Source: Eubacteriales bacterium (GTDB lineage: Bacteria; Bacillota; Clostridia; Oscillospirales; CAG-272). From it: DNA of 64,000 nucleotides. The notes below the pieces were generated by a model. The model saw nothing but the letters and a program-made list of their open reading frames with translations, made no database searches and was not told where the DNA came from. The translations under genes were made by a program, and so were the position numbers. Location of the stretch: contig JAZNHD010000051.1 of assembly GCA_045576815.1 (NCBI GenBank), positions 995 through 64,994 of the forward strand, read 5' to 3'. This document shows positions 38,996 through 49,168 of the stretch, one piece after another. Each line of letters opens with the position of its first letter. The stretch's first letter is position 1.

Positions 38996-39214
38996 TTGTA
39001 TACTTATCAACGATTAAAGGATTTGCGCGAGGACAAGGATATGACACAAGCGCAGATTGCAGAAATACTCGGTACCGCGAGAGAGCAATATAACAAGTAC
39101 GAGCTTGGCAAGCAGGAAATACCGTTTCATCACGTTATAACGCTTGCAAAATTCTATAACGTTAGCATTGATTATATTGCGGGAATTTCCGATTCTCCAA
39201 AGAAAATTAAATAA
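38996..39214 (+). CDS. XRE-family HTH regulator
   Basis: RLKDLREDKDMTQAQIA...YELGKQEIP; TTG start after GGAGG. Confidence 0.88.
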   Translation: MYTYQRLKDLREDKDMTQAQIAEILGTAREQYNKYELGKQEIPFHHVITLAKFYNVSIDYIAGISDSPKKIK

Positions 39215-39251
39215 AAGAAGCGCCGCATATCAATTTTGCGGCGCTTCTTTT
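39215..39251 (+). terminator. Terminator, repeated at 39943-39980
   Basis: aagcgccgcatatcaattttgcggcgcttctttt present twice. Confidence 0.8.
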
Positions 39252-39268
39252 ATTCCCCGTCGAGCAGA

Positions 39269-39294
39269 GTAGGGCGGGGGTTTATCTCCCACCG
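39269..39294 (+). repeat. GTAG-type REP-like palindrome
   Basis: GTAG followed by imperfect hairpin ggcggggg-tttat-ctcccacc. Confidence 0.4.
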
Positions 39295-39373
39295 TTTTCT
39301 CTATCTAAACCGTTCGTTTTTAGCGGCAGCAAGCCATAATTTTTTCCGATACGAGTGCGAGGCAAGTCAAGAG

Positions 39374-39571
39374 TTATTTGTCATTTGTCAAGGACTCATC
39401 AAGCGCGTCCTCTACCCTGACAAGCACAAGCTCGGGGTTTTTGATAAGCACACCGTCCTTTGTCGCGATAAGCTCAACGGCTTTCCCGAGTCCAAAGCGC
39501 TCTCGCAGCTCCTTTGGAATAACCAGCCGCCCAAGACCGTCTATTTCCTTTACAATTCCTATTTTATCCAT
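39374..39571 (-). CDS. AbrB/MazE/SpoVT family protein (copy 2, identical protein)
   Basis: Differs from copy 1 at 3 synonymous positions. Confidence 0.88.
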   Translation of the reverse strand: MDKIGIVKEIDGLGRLVIPKELRERFGLGKAVELIATKDGVLIKNPELVLVRVEDALDESLTNDK

Positions 39572-39693
39572 AAAACCAAAGCTCCGCTTTTGATAATTTT
39601 TGTTTTGTCTTGTCATAGGACAATCTTTTTCCAAAATTAGTTTATCATAAAACGTGTCTTATGTCAAGACAAAACTCGTTTTGGAGATTTATT

Positions 39694-39939
39694 ATGGCAC
39701 GAATTATTGACGGAGAAAAGATGAATTTGATAGGTGGCAACCTCGCACGAATCAGAAAAAAGGCGAAAATTAGCCAGCAGACCCTTTCCGCAAAGCTTGA
39801 ACTTATGGGCGTTTACGTATGTCGCGGCTCGATTTCAAGGATAGAGGATTATCAGCGCACTGTTACGGACATAGAGTTGTTTGCTTTTGCCGAGGTGTTG
39901 GGGGTTGATGTAGGAGAGCTTTGTAGGAAAGATAATTAA
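39694..39939 (+). CDS. XRE-family HTH regulator
   Basis: NLIGGNLARIR...ISQQTLSAKL...ISRIE..QRTVTDIEL. Confidence 0.88.
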   Translation: MARIIDGEKMNLIGGNLARIRKKAKISQQTLSAKLELMGVYVCRGSISRIEDYQRTVTDIELFAFAEVLGVDVGELCRKDN

Positions 39940-39978
39940 ACGAAAAGCGCCGCATATCAATTTTGCGGCGCTTCTTTT

Positions 39979-40923
39979 TTATTCTTTTGTTTTATCCTTC
40001 GGCTGATAATTAAGCAGCAGTATTCCTGCCGATACAAGCACGAGGGTGATTACGAGGTTTATGGGCTGGGTGCCGCTCGCCTCGTCAGCGAGCATTATCA
40101 TAGAGAGGAGCGTGCCGAAAATCGGAGTCGTAAAGCTGAAAATCGACACACGGGATACGGGATTATACTTAAGGAGCATACCCCAAACGGCATAAGCTAC
40201 GGCCGAGAGGATTGCGAGATAGAGAAGCACAAGAAGTCCTGATACGTCGGTGAGCTTGATATTACCGCCAAGGCATAGACCGAGTACCACCATAAATATG
40301 CCGCCCACAATAAACTGATAGCCGCTGATTACGACGGGGTCCTCATTCTTTGAGAAGCGCTTCATAAGCACCGAGGAAAAGGCGTAGGAAATTGTCGAGA
40401 AGATAACGAAGCCGTCACCGAGAAAATTCATAGTAAGCTCGAGTCCGTTGAGATTTACGACTACGATACCTGCAAATCCGAGCACGCAGGCGAGTATTTT
40501 CTTAAATGTGAGCTTCTCCTGCCTGAAGATAAGGCTCGCGATAAGCACGCAAAAGAATGCCGACGAGCCGCTGGCTATTGTGCCCTTGACTCCGGAGGTG
40601 TTAGCAAGACCGATATAGAAAAATATGTATTGAATAACCGTCTGAAAGACGCTGACTGTGAGCACCTTCGGCACACTCGATGCCTTAGGGTAAAGCACAC
40701 GCCGTCTTGCTATGCTGTAAATTGCGACGGTGATAATGCCCGCAAGGGTAAAGCGCACGCCTGCAAAGAGTATTGTCGAGGGCACGCCCGACACTTCCAT
40801 AAGCTTATAACCGGTCTTGATAAACGGCGTTGCGCTGCCCCAGAGCGCACAGCAAAGGAGCGCGAGCAGGGTTATGATTATAGGATTTTGAAAAACACTT
40901 TTTCCGTTTTCTGAAAGCTTCAT
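39979..40923 (-). CDS. DMT/EamA family transporter
   Basis: LWGSATPFIK, FAGVRF, about 10 TM segments. Confidence 0.88.
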   Translation of the reverse strand: MKLSENGKSVFQNPIIITLLALLCCALWGSATPFIKTGYKLMEVSGVPSTILFAGVRFTLAGIITVAIYSIARRRVLYPKASSVPKVLTVSVFQTVIQYIFFYIGLANTSGVKGTIASGSSAFFCVLIASLIFRQEKLTFKKILACVLGFAGIVVVNLNGLELTMNFLGDGFVIFSTISYAFSSVLMKRFSKNEDPVVISGYQFIVGGIFMVVLGLCLGGNIKLTDVSGLLVLLYLAILSAVAYAVWGMLLKYNPVSRVSIFSFTTPIFGTLLSMIMLADEASGTQPINLVITLVLVSAGILLLNYQPKDKTKE

Positions 40924-41105
40924 TTTACACCTCAAAATTTTTTACACAGTCCCCGATATTATACTACATCGCGCGAAAAAAGTCAAGGCTTTCCTCTTAT
41001 TGCGCCGCCGCTACAACGGATATTCTCATATCTCTCTTGACTTTTGCCTTTCCTTTGTATTATAATAATGATGTTAATAAAAACCGAAAGGGTAGGAAAA
41101 TTTTT

Positions 41106-41843
41106 ATGCAAATGCTTGAAATGCTATATGATGAAATCCAGGATGCAGTGGATAGAAAGGTGCCGTTCATAATTCCCATCGGCACGCTTGAGTATCACGC
41201 GCGCCACGCTTCCTGCGGTACCGATACGCTCGTTATCACGGGCTGCCTTCGCGAGCTTGAAAAGGAGAAGGAGATAGTCGTTTGCCCTCCTCTTTGGTAC
41301 GGCGTTGCGTCCTATGCCGTATGCGGTCCGAAGCCCAGCCACTTCCACGTGGACGAGGACGCTTATGCAAACTATCTCTACTGCATACTTAAGTCGATGA
41401 TAGAGGCAGGACATAAGAACATTTATCTTATCGCGCACCATCAGACCGAGGGCGCAGGCCTTATGCCTATGACCATCGCCTGCCACAAAGCCGCTAAAAA
41501 GGTAACCATGGAATATATGGAAGAAAAGCTTGGTAAAGGTTGGTGGGGCAGTGATGCCTATGCGTCCTACTACGAGGATATGGGCAGCGAGGACGACCCC
41601 TTCTCTTACATAAAGGTTATTCCTCTTATCGGTGCTGACGCGCAGATTAAGTGTGGCGGCTTTGACCACGCAGGCAAGTGGGAAACTAGTCTTATGATGG
41701 GCACCTATCCCGAGCTTGTAGACCTCTCCCGTTGCGAGCGCAACACCGAGTGGTTTGCCGAGAGCGCAAAGGAAGCAAGCGCCGAAACCGGCAAGCATAT
41801 GGTTAACTGCACGCTCGAATGGCTCAGAAAGACTATTGTATAA
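41106..41843 (+). CDS. Creatininase family protein
   Basis: PIGTLEYH, GTD, DHAGKWETS. Confidence 0.82.
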   Translation: MQMLEMLYDEIQDAVDRKVPFIIPIGTLEYHARHASCGTDTLVITGCLRELEKEKEIVVCPPLWYGVASYAVCGPKPSHFHVDEDAYANYLYCILKSMIEAGHKNIYLIAHHQTEGAGLMPMTIACHKAAKKVTMEYMEEKLGKGWWGSDAYASYYEDMGSEDDPFSYIKVIPLIGADAQIKCGGFDHAGKWETSLMMGTYPELVDLSRCERNTEWFAESAKEASAETGKHMVNCTLEWLRKTIV

Positions 41844-41913
41844 GAAATAAAATAAAAAGGCTATCTCAGCATGCTTGAGATAGCCTTTTTGTCGGCAAAC
41901 CGAAAAAGCCTTA

Positions 41914-42669
41914 TTAACACTTCATGGCAAAGCGCTTTTCTAAGATGCGCTCGCAGATTTCGAGATCCTCCGGGGTGTTAATTCCGCGAAGATCGTCTCC
42001 GTCCTCGGTAAAGTAGGTTTCTACCTTCATTCCGTGCTTTACCATAAGCTCCGGTATTTCCGTGATATAGTATTCCTTTTGTACGTTGGAGCAGTTCAGC
42101 TCGGGTAAAAGGCGAAAGAGCGTCTTGCTACTAAAAACCATAACGCCTGCAAACAACTCCTTGATGGTTGCTTCCTCGGGGGAGCAATCCTTTCCCTCTA
42201 CAATTTTCAAGAAACGGCCGTTTTCATCACGAACGACACGCGCCCAGAGGCTCAGCGATTCGTTTGACGCAGTCATAAGAGTACAGTCTGCACGGCTTTC
42301 ATCGTGTAAACGGCACATAGCCTCCATTTCGCTTTTTCGAAAAAGCGGCATATCTCCGAAGGTTACCAAAACACTGCCGTCAAATCCCGCAAAGCAATCA
42401 GCACATTCCATAACGGCATGTCCGGTGCCAAGCTGCTGCTTCTGTTCAACGTAATGATAGCGGTCGCCAAGATGCTCTATGATTTTCTCTTTGCCGTAGC
42501 CCACTACTATGTATGTGTTTTTTTCGTCAATAAAAGATATGTTTTCCAAGACAAAATCCAACATAGGCCTTTGGCCCACCTTGAACATAGCCTTGGGTAG
42601 ATCCCCGCTGATTTTCTGGAGGCGGCTACCTTTTCCGGCAGCGGGTACTATTGCTCTTATCTCTTTCAT
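41914..42669 (-). CDS. Sugar-1-phosphate nucleotidyltransferase (stand-alone GlmU N-terminal-like domain)
   Basis: AAGKGSRL..PK, QLGTGHAV, GDMPL, NVQKEYYITE, GINT; no hexapeptide domain. Confidence 0.82.
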   Translation of the reverse strand: MKEIRAIVPAAGKGSRLQKISGDLPKAMFKVGQRPMLDFVLENISFIDEKNTYIVVGYGKEKIIEHLGDRYHYVEQKQQLGTGHAVMECADCFAGFDGSVLVTFGDMPLFRKSEMEAMCRLHDESRADCTLMTASNESLSLWARVVRDENGRFLKIVEGKDCSPEEATIKELFAGVMVFSSKTLFRLLPELNCSNVQKEYYITEIPELMVKHGMKVETYFTEDGDDLRGINTPEDLEICERILEKRFAMKC

Positions 42670-42698
42670 TTTGTGTCCATTCTGCTATGCGCTTGTTT

Positions 42699-43865
42699 TT
42701 ATAAAACCTTGGCGTCAAGCTCTAAATCGTCATATATTTTTTGAAGAATCTTGCGTATTTCGGGTAGCTTTTTTTCCATATCCGCAACCAGCTTCAGCTG
42801 TGTGCGAGCCCTGTCAAGATTCTGATCCGGATAGGAAATCTTATAGTACGTATCTCCGTTTATATAATCCATAAGGAAACGGATACCGTCCTCCGACGTA
42901 ATGATGAGGGAAGAATAGGGCAAAAGCTCCAGCTCCTCTTTTGTCAGGATATCACCGCAGGCTTCAAGATAACCTCTGGCATACGTTTCATAAAGCTCAA
43001 GGTTGCAGGAAACCTTGGTTAGGTCCTTCTCGTCGTCTGTTGCGGTGTTGGTGCCTATTCTCATGCTATCACCGAAATCGTAAAGTGGAGAGGAAGGCAT
43101 GACGGTATCTAAATCTATAATTGCAACAGGGAGATGTGTGTCTTTATCAAACAGAATATTGTTGAGATTGCTGTCGTTATGACATACCCGTGTCGGAATT
43201 ATGCCGTTTTCCAAGGGCTCTGATATTTTCCCGTACAGGTCGGCGTGTAAACGGATAAAGTCAATTTCATTCTTTACGCTCTCTACTCTTTTTTGAGGAT
43301 CGTGCGAAATAGCAGACTCAAGATCCGAATACCTGCGTTTAGTGTTATGGAAATTTGGAATAACCTCACCGATCCTAGCGGCCTCAATCGAACTCATTTC
43401 TTTTAGGAATCGTCCAAAGGAAACGCCTGCATAATAAAAGGTTTCCGGCGAATTCGGAATATCTAACGAATACACGTTGTCAAAAAAGGTCAAGAGGCGC
43501 CAGCAAGCTCCTTCTGATTCGAAATACATTTTTCCGTCCTTTGTCATTCGAAGCATTTGGACGGTTCCGCGGCTATGCTCTCCCGGCATTTTAAGACGGC
43601 TTCGCAAATGATCTGTGGTTATTTTGAAATTATTCATCAGCATATCAACGTCCGGAAATACGTTTGTGTTTATGCGTTGCAAAAGGTATTGATGAATATG
43701 ATTATTTTCAGACAGAGTTTCCACTTTGTAGGTGGAGTTAATATATCCTCTGTTAATTTTTTCAATGCTCGTAATATCGCCGTTAATGCAAAACTGCCCT
43801 ACGACGTTTTCCAAATTTTTTATGTCTTGCATGCCGTCTCCGATGCCTTTCGTAATGCTTTTCAT
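42699..43865 (-). CDS. N-acetylhexosamine 1-kinase-like (APH fold)
   Basis: GYINSTY, LQRINT.VF, IPNFHNT, HNDSNLNN, IDLDTVMP, RFLMDYINGD.YY. Confidence 0.8.
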   Translation of the reverse strand: MKSITKGIGDGMQDIKNLENVVGQFCINGDITSIEKINRGYINSTYKVETLSENNHIHQYLLQRINTNVFPDVDMLMNNFKITTDHLRSRLKMPGEHSRGTVQMLRMTKDGKMYFESEGACWRLLTFFDNVYSLDIPNSPETFYYAGVSFGRFLKEMSSIEAARIGEVIPNFHNTKRRYSDLESAISHDPQKRVESVKNEIDFIRLHADLYGKISEPLENGIIPTRVCHNDSNLNNILFDKDTHLPVAIIDLDTVMPSSPLYDFGDSMRIGTNTATDDEKDLTKVSCNLELYETYARGYLEACGDILTKEELELLPYSSLIITSEDGIRFLMDYINGDTYYKISYPDQNLDRARTQLKLVADMEKKLPEIRKILQKIYDDLELDAKVL

Positions 43866-44130
43866 GGATACAAGGAATAAATTAAACTGGGGACTTATAT
43901 TATTATACCATAAATAAGAATATTTTGCAACATATTTTATAAATTACATTTTAATTACAATTTAATCCAAGAAATTCTCCCAAATGTTTCCAATAAAACA
44001 TAAGAATTCACGTAAAAAGACCTCGAATTGTCATTTTTTGATGAAACGAGGTCTTTTTTAGTGCATTTTGCTTAGGCAATAAAAGCCTTATTCTTTTGTA
44101 GCATAATTTGCTTTTACCGAAATAGATGTA

Positions 44131-45132
44131 TTATTCCCACTCGATAGTTCCGGTGGGCTTCGGAGTAAGGTCGTAAAGCACACGATTGATGCCCGCTACC
44201 TCGCTTGTTATACGAGATGTGATTTTATGAAGCACGGGGTAGGGGATATCCTCTACGGTTGCGGTCATCGCGTCCTTGGTGTTAACGGCGCGCAGTATTG
44301 CGGGCCAACCCTCGTAACGGCTATCGTCCTTTACGCCGACACTCTTAATATCGGGGATTACTACGAAATACTGCCATACCTTTTCTGCAAGCCCTGCATT
44401 ATCAAACTCCTCGCGCAGAATTGCATCAGCCTCGCGAAGCGCTGCAAGTCTGTCGCGAGTGATAGCACCGAGACAGCGCACTCCAAGTCCGGGGCCGGGG
44501 AACGGCTGGCGGTAAACCATAGCGTGAGGAAGGCCGAGCGCCTCACCGACAACTCTAACCTCATCCTTATAGAGAAGCTTTATAGGCTCGATAAGAGAGA
44601 ACTGCATGTCCTCGGGAAGCCCCCCAACGTTGTGGTGCGACTTAACTGCCTTTTTGCCCTCGGCCTGCTTTATACTCTCAAGAATATCGGGGTAAATCGT
44701 GCCTTGCGCGAGAAAGGAAATGCCGTCGAGCTTTGCAGCTTCCTCGTCAAACACGCGAATGAACTCACCGCCTATGATCTTGCGCTTTTTTTCAGGCTCG
44801 GAAACACCTGCGAGAAGATCGAGGAAGCGGTCGGTAGCGTCGACGTAAACGAGGTTTGCGTCAAGACCGTTTCTGAATACTTCGATAACCTGCTCTGATT
44901 CGCCCTTGCGCATAAGACCGTGGTTAACGTGTACGCACACGAGCTGCTTTCCTATCGCCTTAATGAGAAGTGCTGCAACAACCGAGCTGTCAACACCGCC
45001 GGAGAGGGCGAGAAGAACCTTTTTGTCACCGACCGTGCGTCTTATGCCGGCAACCTGCTCATCAATAAAGCTGTCTGCAAGTGCCTTTGTGGTGATGCGT
45101 GCCATGGTGTCGGGCCTTTTGTTAGAGTCCAT
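44131..45132 (-). CDS. guaA: GMP synthase, ATP-pyrophosphatase subunit only
   Basis: [32 protein letters not shown]; no glutamine amidotransferase domain. Confidence 0.9.
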   Translation of the reverse strand: MDSNKRPDTMARITTKALADSFIDEQVAGIRRTVGDKKVLLALSGGVDSSVVAALLIKAIGKQLVCVHVNHGLMRKGESEQVIEVFRNGLDANLVYVDATDRFLDLLAGVSEPEKKRKIIGGEFIRVFDEEAAKLDGISFLAQGTIYPDILESIKQAEGKKAVKSHHNVGGLPEDMQFSLIEPIKLLYKDEVRVVGEALGLPHAMVYRQPFPGPGLGVRCLGAITRDRLAALREADAILREEFDNAGLAEKVWQYFVVIPDIKSVGVKDDSRYEGWPAILRAVNTKDAMTATVEDIPYPVLHKITSRITSEVAGINRVLYDLTPKPTGTIEWE

Positions 45133-45281
45133 TTTATTTTACCTCCAAAACCTTTAAAAAACTAATTTTTTGATATTTATATTATACAACTAGATAATGA
45201 AAATTGCAATACGTATTTTAACAAAAATCTTCGCTTTACATAGTTTATTATTATATTAGTAATCAGATACAAGGAGAATTT

Positions 45282-45812
45282 ATGCTTGTTACAAAACCTT
45301 ACAAGAGAGAGAATGCGGTAGCTTATGCTAAAAAGTATGCTTTTTCACAAAATTCAAACTTTGCGAGCTTTGCGGGGATAGGCGGAAACTGCACAAACTT
45401 CGTGTCGCAGTCGATTTATGCCGGCACGTGTGAGATGAATTACACCCCGACCTTCGGGTGGTACTATATATCTCTTGATGATAGGTCGCCGTCGTGGACC
45501 GGAGTCGAATACTTTTATAATTTCATGATAGAGAATACGGGTGTCGGACCCTTTGGCCGAGTTGCCGCCTCTGACGAGCTTGAGCTTGGCGACGTAATAC
45601 AGCTCGGTCGCGAGGACGAGGGATATTACCACACACTGCTCGTTGTTGGCTTTGACGGTGAGGACCTTTTGGTTGCGGCACAGACTGATAATGCTTATGC
45701 AAGACCTCTGTCAACCTACACCTACGATTTTGCGCGGTATATAAAAATTCTCGGAGCAAGATATGAAGCGCCTGACAGCTACCAATGCTTCGAGAGGCTT
45801 ATGGAGGGATAA
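45282..45812 (+). CDS. Amidase_6 domain protein
   Basis: YKRENAVAYA, GGNCTNFVSQ, GDVIQ, YH. Confidence 0.8.
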   Translation: MLVTKPYKRENAVAYAKKYAFSQNSNFASFAGIGGNCTNFVSQSIYAGTCEMNYTPTFGWYYISLDDRSPSWTGVEYFYNFMIENTGVGPFGRVAASDELELGDVIQLGREDEGYYHTLLVVGFDGEDLLVAAQTDNAYARPLSTYTYDFARYIKILGARYEAPDSYQCFERLMEG

Positions 45813-45857
45813 ACAAGCCCCGATTTGTAATGTTTGGTTTACAAATCGGGGGATTTT

Positions 45858-46922
45858 TTAAATGTTGATTTTGTTTTCTACGGTATAAAGCTCGAGCATC
45901 TTAGCTTCTTTTCTCGCGATTTCAGCCTTCATCTTATCAACCTCGTCGTCCGTGAGCCTCGCGCGCTCCTCGTCGGTGAGCGTGCCCTTATACATCTTGT
46001 CAAGAGCGAGAGCGTATCTTATCTCTGTAGATATGATATTGCCGTCGCGTTCGCAGATAACGAGGTTGGAGTTGCCGCGAAGAAGCTCTTCGACCGCTGC
46101 AACGCCCATTCTTGACGCGAGAACTCTGTCGCGCAGAGTCGGGTTGCCTCCGCGCACGATGTGCGCAAGCCTTGCAAACTTTGTCTCAACGCCGGTCGTA
46201 GCTTCAATTTTTTTAGCGAGCACGGGAGCATAACTCGAGCCGACGCCCTCGGATACTACTACGATAAAGTTGCGCTTGCCAATATCACGGCCCTTGCGTA
46301 TCTTCTTGCATAGAGACTCGTCGTCGTGAGGAAATTCCGGTATAACGACCTGCGTTGCGCCGGAAGCGATACCGGTGTAAAGAGCAATGTCGCCGGCACC
46401 TCTGCCCATAACCTCAACTACGTTACATCTCGCGTGAGATTCGCAGGTGTCGCGCAGCTTGTCGATAAGCTCGGTGACCGTGTTCATGGCGGTATCGAAG
46501 CCTATAGTTGAATCGGTAGACGTGATATCGTTATCAATCGTGCCGGGGATGCCAATGCAGGGAATACCGTGTGCGGTAAGGTCCGTCGCACCGCGGAACG
46601 TGCCGTCTCCGCCAATGGCAACGATGCCGTCGATGGAAAATCTTCTACAGGTCTCAACGGCGCGAGCCATGCCCTCCTCGGTCTTGAACTCGGGGCAACG
46701 GTCGGAATACAGCATAGTGCCGCCCTTGTTTATTATATTCGATACGTCGCGGAGCTCAAGAGGCTTAATATCACCGTCAATAAGTCCCGAATATCCGCGG
46801 AAGATAGCCATAACCTCAACGCCGCGCGCAAGCGCCGTGCGTGCTACGGCTCTGATTGCTGCATTCATTCCGGGAGCGTCACCGCCCGACGTAAGTACAC
46901 CGATTCGTCTGAATTTGCTCAT
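45858..46922 (-). CDS. pfkA: 6-phosphofructokinase
   Basis: TSGGDAPGMN, GGDGT, TIDND, EVMGR. Confidence 0.95.
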   Translation of the reverse strand: MSKFRRIGVLTSGGDAPGMNAAIRAVARTALARGVEVMAIFRGYSGLIDGDIKPLELRDVSNIINKGGTMLYSDRCPEFKTEEGMARAVETCRRFSIDGIVAIGGDGTFRGATDLTAHGIPCIGIPGTIDNDITSTDSTIGFDTAMNTVTELIDKLRDTCESHARCNVVEVMGRGAGDIALYTGIASGATQVVIPEFPHDDESLCKKIRKGRDIGKRNFIVVVSEGVGSSYAPVLAKKIEATTGVETKFARLAHIVRGGNPTLRDRVLASRMGVAAVEELLRGNSNLVICERDGNIISTEIRYALALDKMYKGTLTDEERARLTDDEVDKMKAEIARKEAKMLELYTVENKINI

Positions 46923-47181
46923 TTTCTATATCTCTTTCAAAAAATAATTTGCGAACGCCTCTATTATACAACATAAAGCGTCATTTTACAATAGCAAATA
47001 TTAAAAATTATTAACTTTTTTCAAAAAATTTCCGCATTCGAGCAACGCGCACTCAAAATGTTTAGATAATCATTGACAAAACGCTGATATAGTGCTATAA
47101 TATTTTCACGGGTTATACCCGTGGCTCGACAGATTCGGCGGAGTGTCCTCCGGCGAGCTTTTTCGAGAGGAGGAATTCGGA

Positions 47182-47613
47182 ATGTATATAGCAATCATAG
47201 CAGACGACAACAAAAAGGAGCTTATGGCTCAGTTTTGTATAGCATATTGCGGTATTTTAAGCCGTCATAATCTTTGCGCGACTCACTCAACCGGCAGATA
47301 TATTTCTGATGCGACCGGTCTTGAGATAGAGACATTTATGTCGGGTGACGCAGGCGGAGTGGAGCAGATAACCTCAAGGGTTTCTTATAACGAGATAGAT
47401 CTCGTTTTCTATTTCAAAAGCACTGATGCGGGCAAGGAGAGCTACGAGGCAGATCTTAATCTGCTTCGGCTTTGTGACGTTTATAATATTCCCCTTGCTA
47501 CCAATATAGCAACGGCGGAGGTACTCGTTACAGCGCTTGAGGCAGGCAATCTTAACTGGAGAGATTTCATAAATCCCATAAGCGAGTATAATCAGAGAAA
47601 AAAGAACAAATGA
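47182..47613 (+). CDS. Methylglyoxal synthase-like protein (degenerate active site)
   Basis: IAIIA.D.KK, SG..GG..QI, LRLCDVYNIPLATNIATA. Confidence 0.8.
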   Translation: MYIAIIADDNKKELMAQFCIAYCGILSRHNLCATHSTGRYISDATGLEIETFMSGDAGGVEQITSRVSYNEIDLVFYFKSTDAGKESYEADLNLLRLCDVYNIPLATNIATAEVLVTALEAGNLNWRDFINPISEYNQRKKNK

Positions 47614-47674
47614 CGAAAACAAAAACGGCAGTTTCGCGCTACCGTTTTTGTTATTTTAAAAAAGGAGGTGTGCC

Positions 47675-48109
47675 GTGAGAGAAGCAGATATTGTAATACA
47701 TTCGGTGATAGAAAATTCTGACGGCACAGGTGAGCTGGAGCGCGCCCACACCGAAACCGCGGGCGAGCTGTCCTTTACGGAGGACGGCGCACGGCTTTCT
47801 TGGCGCGAGACTAACGAGGGTGGCAGCACGGAGTCGACTCTGACTGTTGCGGGTGACACGGTCTCGGTAGTGCGCCGCGGAGCGATAGAGAATACGTTCA
47901 ATTTCAAAGAGGGAGTTTCTTCGGAGTCGCTTTACAAAGCAGGTCCATACTCCTTCGACTCCTGCGTTAAGACGAGGCGCGTCAGAGCTACCGTTGGGGA
48001 GAACGGTGTGTCTGTTACGGTTATTTACGATATGGAGCTCGGCGGTGCCGTGCGGCTTGTTAAGATGAAGATAAGAGCAACGTGCCACTCGGAGGGATGC
48101 GATGCTTGA
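47675..48109 (+). CDS. DUF1934 (YwiB-like) protein
   Basis: Beta-rich sequence; V.RRGA...F.EG...SLY...PY. Confidence 0.65.
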   Translation: MREADIVIHSVIENSDGTGELERAHTETAGELSFTEDGARLSWRETNEGGSTESTLTVAGDTVSVVRRGAIENTFNFKEGVSSESLYKAGPYSFDSCVKTRRVRATVGENGVSVTVIYDMELGGAVRLVKMKIRATCHSEGCDA

Positions 48110-49133
48110 GCTAAAAGGTTTTACGGCAAGCCTTAAGGCCGGTAGCTTTGGCGGAGTTTACGTTTTTGCGGGCGAGGAGGAGTACCTTAAGAGATATTAT
48201 CTCGGAGAGCTTCGCACGAGAGTTGTCACCGATGAGGCATTTGCAGTGTTCAACAATCCCGTCTTTGACGGCGAGGAGATTGACTTTGCGGCGATTTCGG
48301 AGGCTGTAAAGGCGCCGCCGGTTATGAGTGAATATAAGCTTATAGAATGGAGGCGCGCGAGTTTTACCGCTCTTTCTGAAAAAGGACTTTCCGCTCTCGA
48401 GGAATTAGCAGAGCTTTGTAAGGAATATCCGTACGCTACGATCGCGTTTGTTGCGGCGGCCGGTGGCCTTGACTTCGGAGCCGGCAAAAGACAGAGCAGG
48501 TTTATAAACCGCTTTGATAAGATACTTAAAATTGTAAGGCTTGACAAATCGGGAGATAAGCAGCTCCTCGGCTGGCTTAAGCGGCATTTCGACTCCCGCG
48601 GGGTTGAGGTTAGTCTTGATTCGCTGAACGCACTCATCTCGACATCGGGCAGGTCGATGGACGTGCTTATAGGTGAGGTTGAAAAGCTCTCGGCGTTGGC
48701 ATACTCGCGCGGACAACGCGCTATAAGCGTGAGGGACGTTGCGGAGATTGCCTCACCCGTGCCGGAAAGCGAGGCGTTTGCCCTTTCCAATGCAATTGTT
48801 GATAAGAACAGGGTCGGTGCCTTTTCGGCTGTTTTTGAGCTGAAGTCGCGCAGGGTTGAGCCGAGCATTGTCGTCGGCATGATAGCGCGTTGCTTTGGCG
48901 AGCTTGCATCGGTCGGTACACTTGCCTTTGAGGGACTTGGCGCGGGGGATATTGCCGCCGTGCTCGGCATGGCTCCATATAAGGTGGGGCTATGCGTTTC
49001 GGGCGCTAAAAGGTATGGGAGAGATGCTCTCGTAAAAATCGTAGCGGAAATAACGAGGGTTGATGCCGAGTCAAAGTTTGGGGGGCTTGCAGGATATACG
49101 GCAATAGATCTTTTTATAGCAAAATATATATAA
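48102..49133 (+). CDS. holA: DNA polymerase III delta subunit
   Basis: YVFAGEEEYL, P.MSEYKLI, EVEKL, AFALSNAI. Confidence 0.85.
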   Translation: MLELKGFTASLKAGSFGGVYVFAGEEEYLKRYYLGELRTRVVTDEAFAVFNNPVFDGEEIDFAAISEAVKAPPVMSEYKLIEWRRASFTALSEKGLSALEELAELCKEYPYATIAFVAAAGGLDFGAGKRQSRFINRFDKILKIVRLDKSGDKQLLGWLKRHFDSRGVEVSLDSLNALISTSGRSMDVLIGEVEKLSALAYSRGQRAISVRDVAEIASPVPESEAFALSNAIVDKNRVGAFSAVFELKSRRVEPSIVVGMIARCFGELASVGTLAFEGLGAGDIAAVLGMAPYKVGLCVSGAKRYGRDALVKIVAEITRVDAESKFGGLAGYTAIDLFIAKYI

Positions 49134-49168
49134 ACGAAAATAAAAGTTTACAAAAGTGAGGAAATAAC

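Noticed and set aside
41904..44092. 12-bp direct repeat aaaagccttatt flanking the kinase/nucleotidyltransferase pair
   Set aside because: Short and AT-rich, with no recombinase; could be chance
47108..47165. Hairpins in the leader of the mgsA-like gene
   Set aside because: Short, with no recognisable riboswitch motif and no second copy
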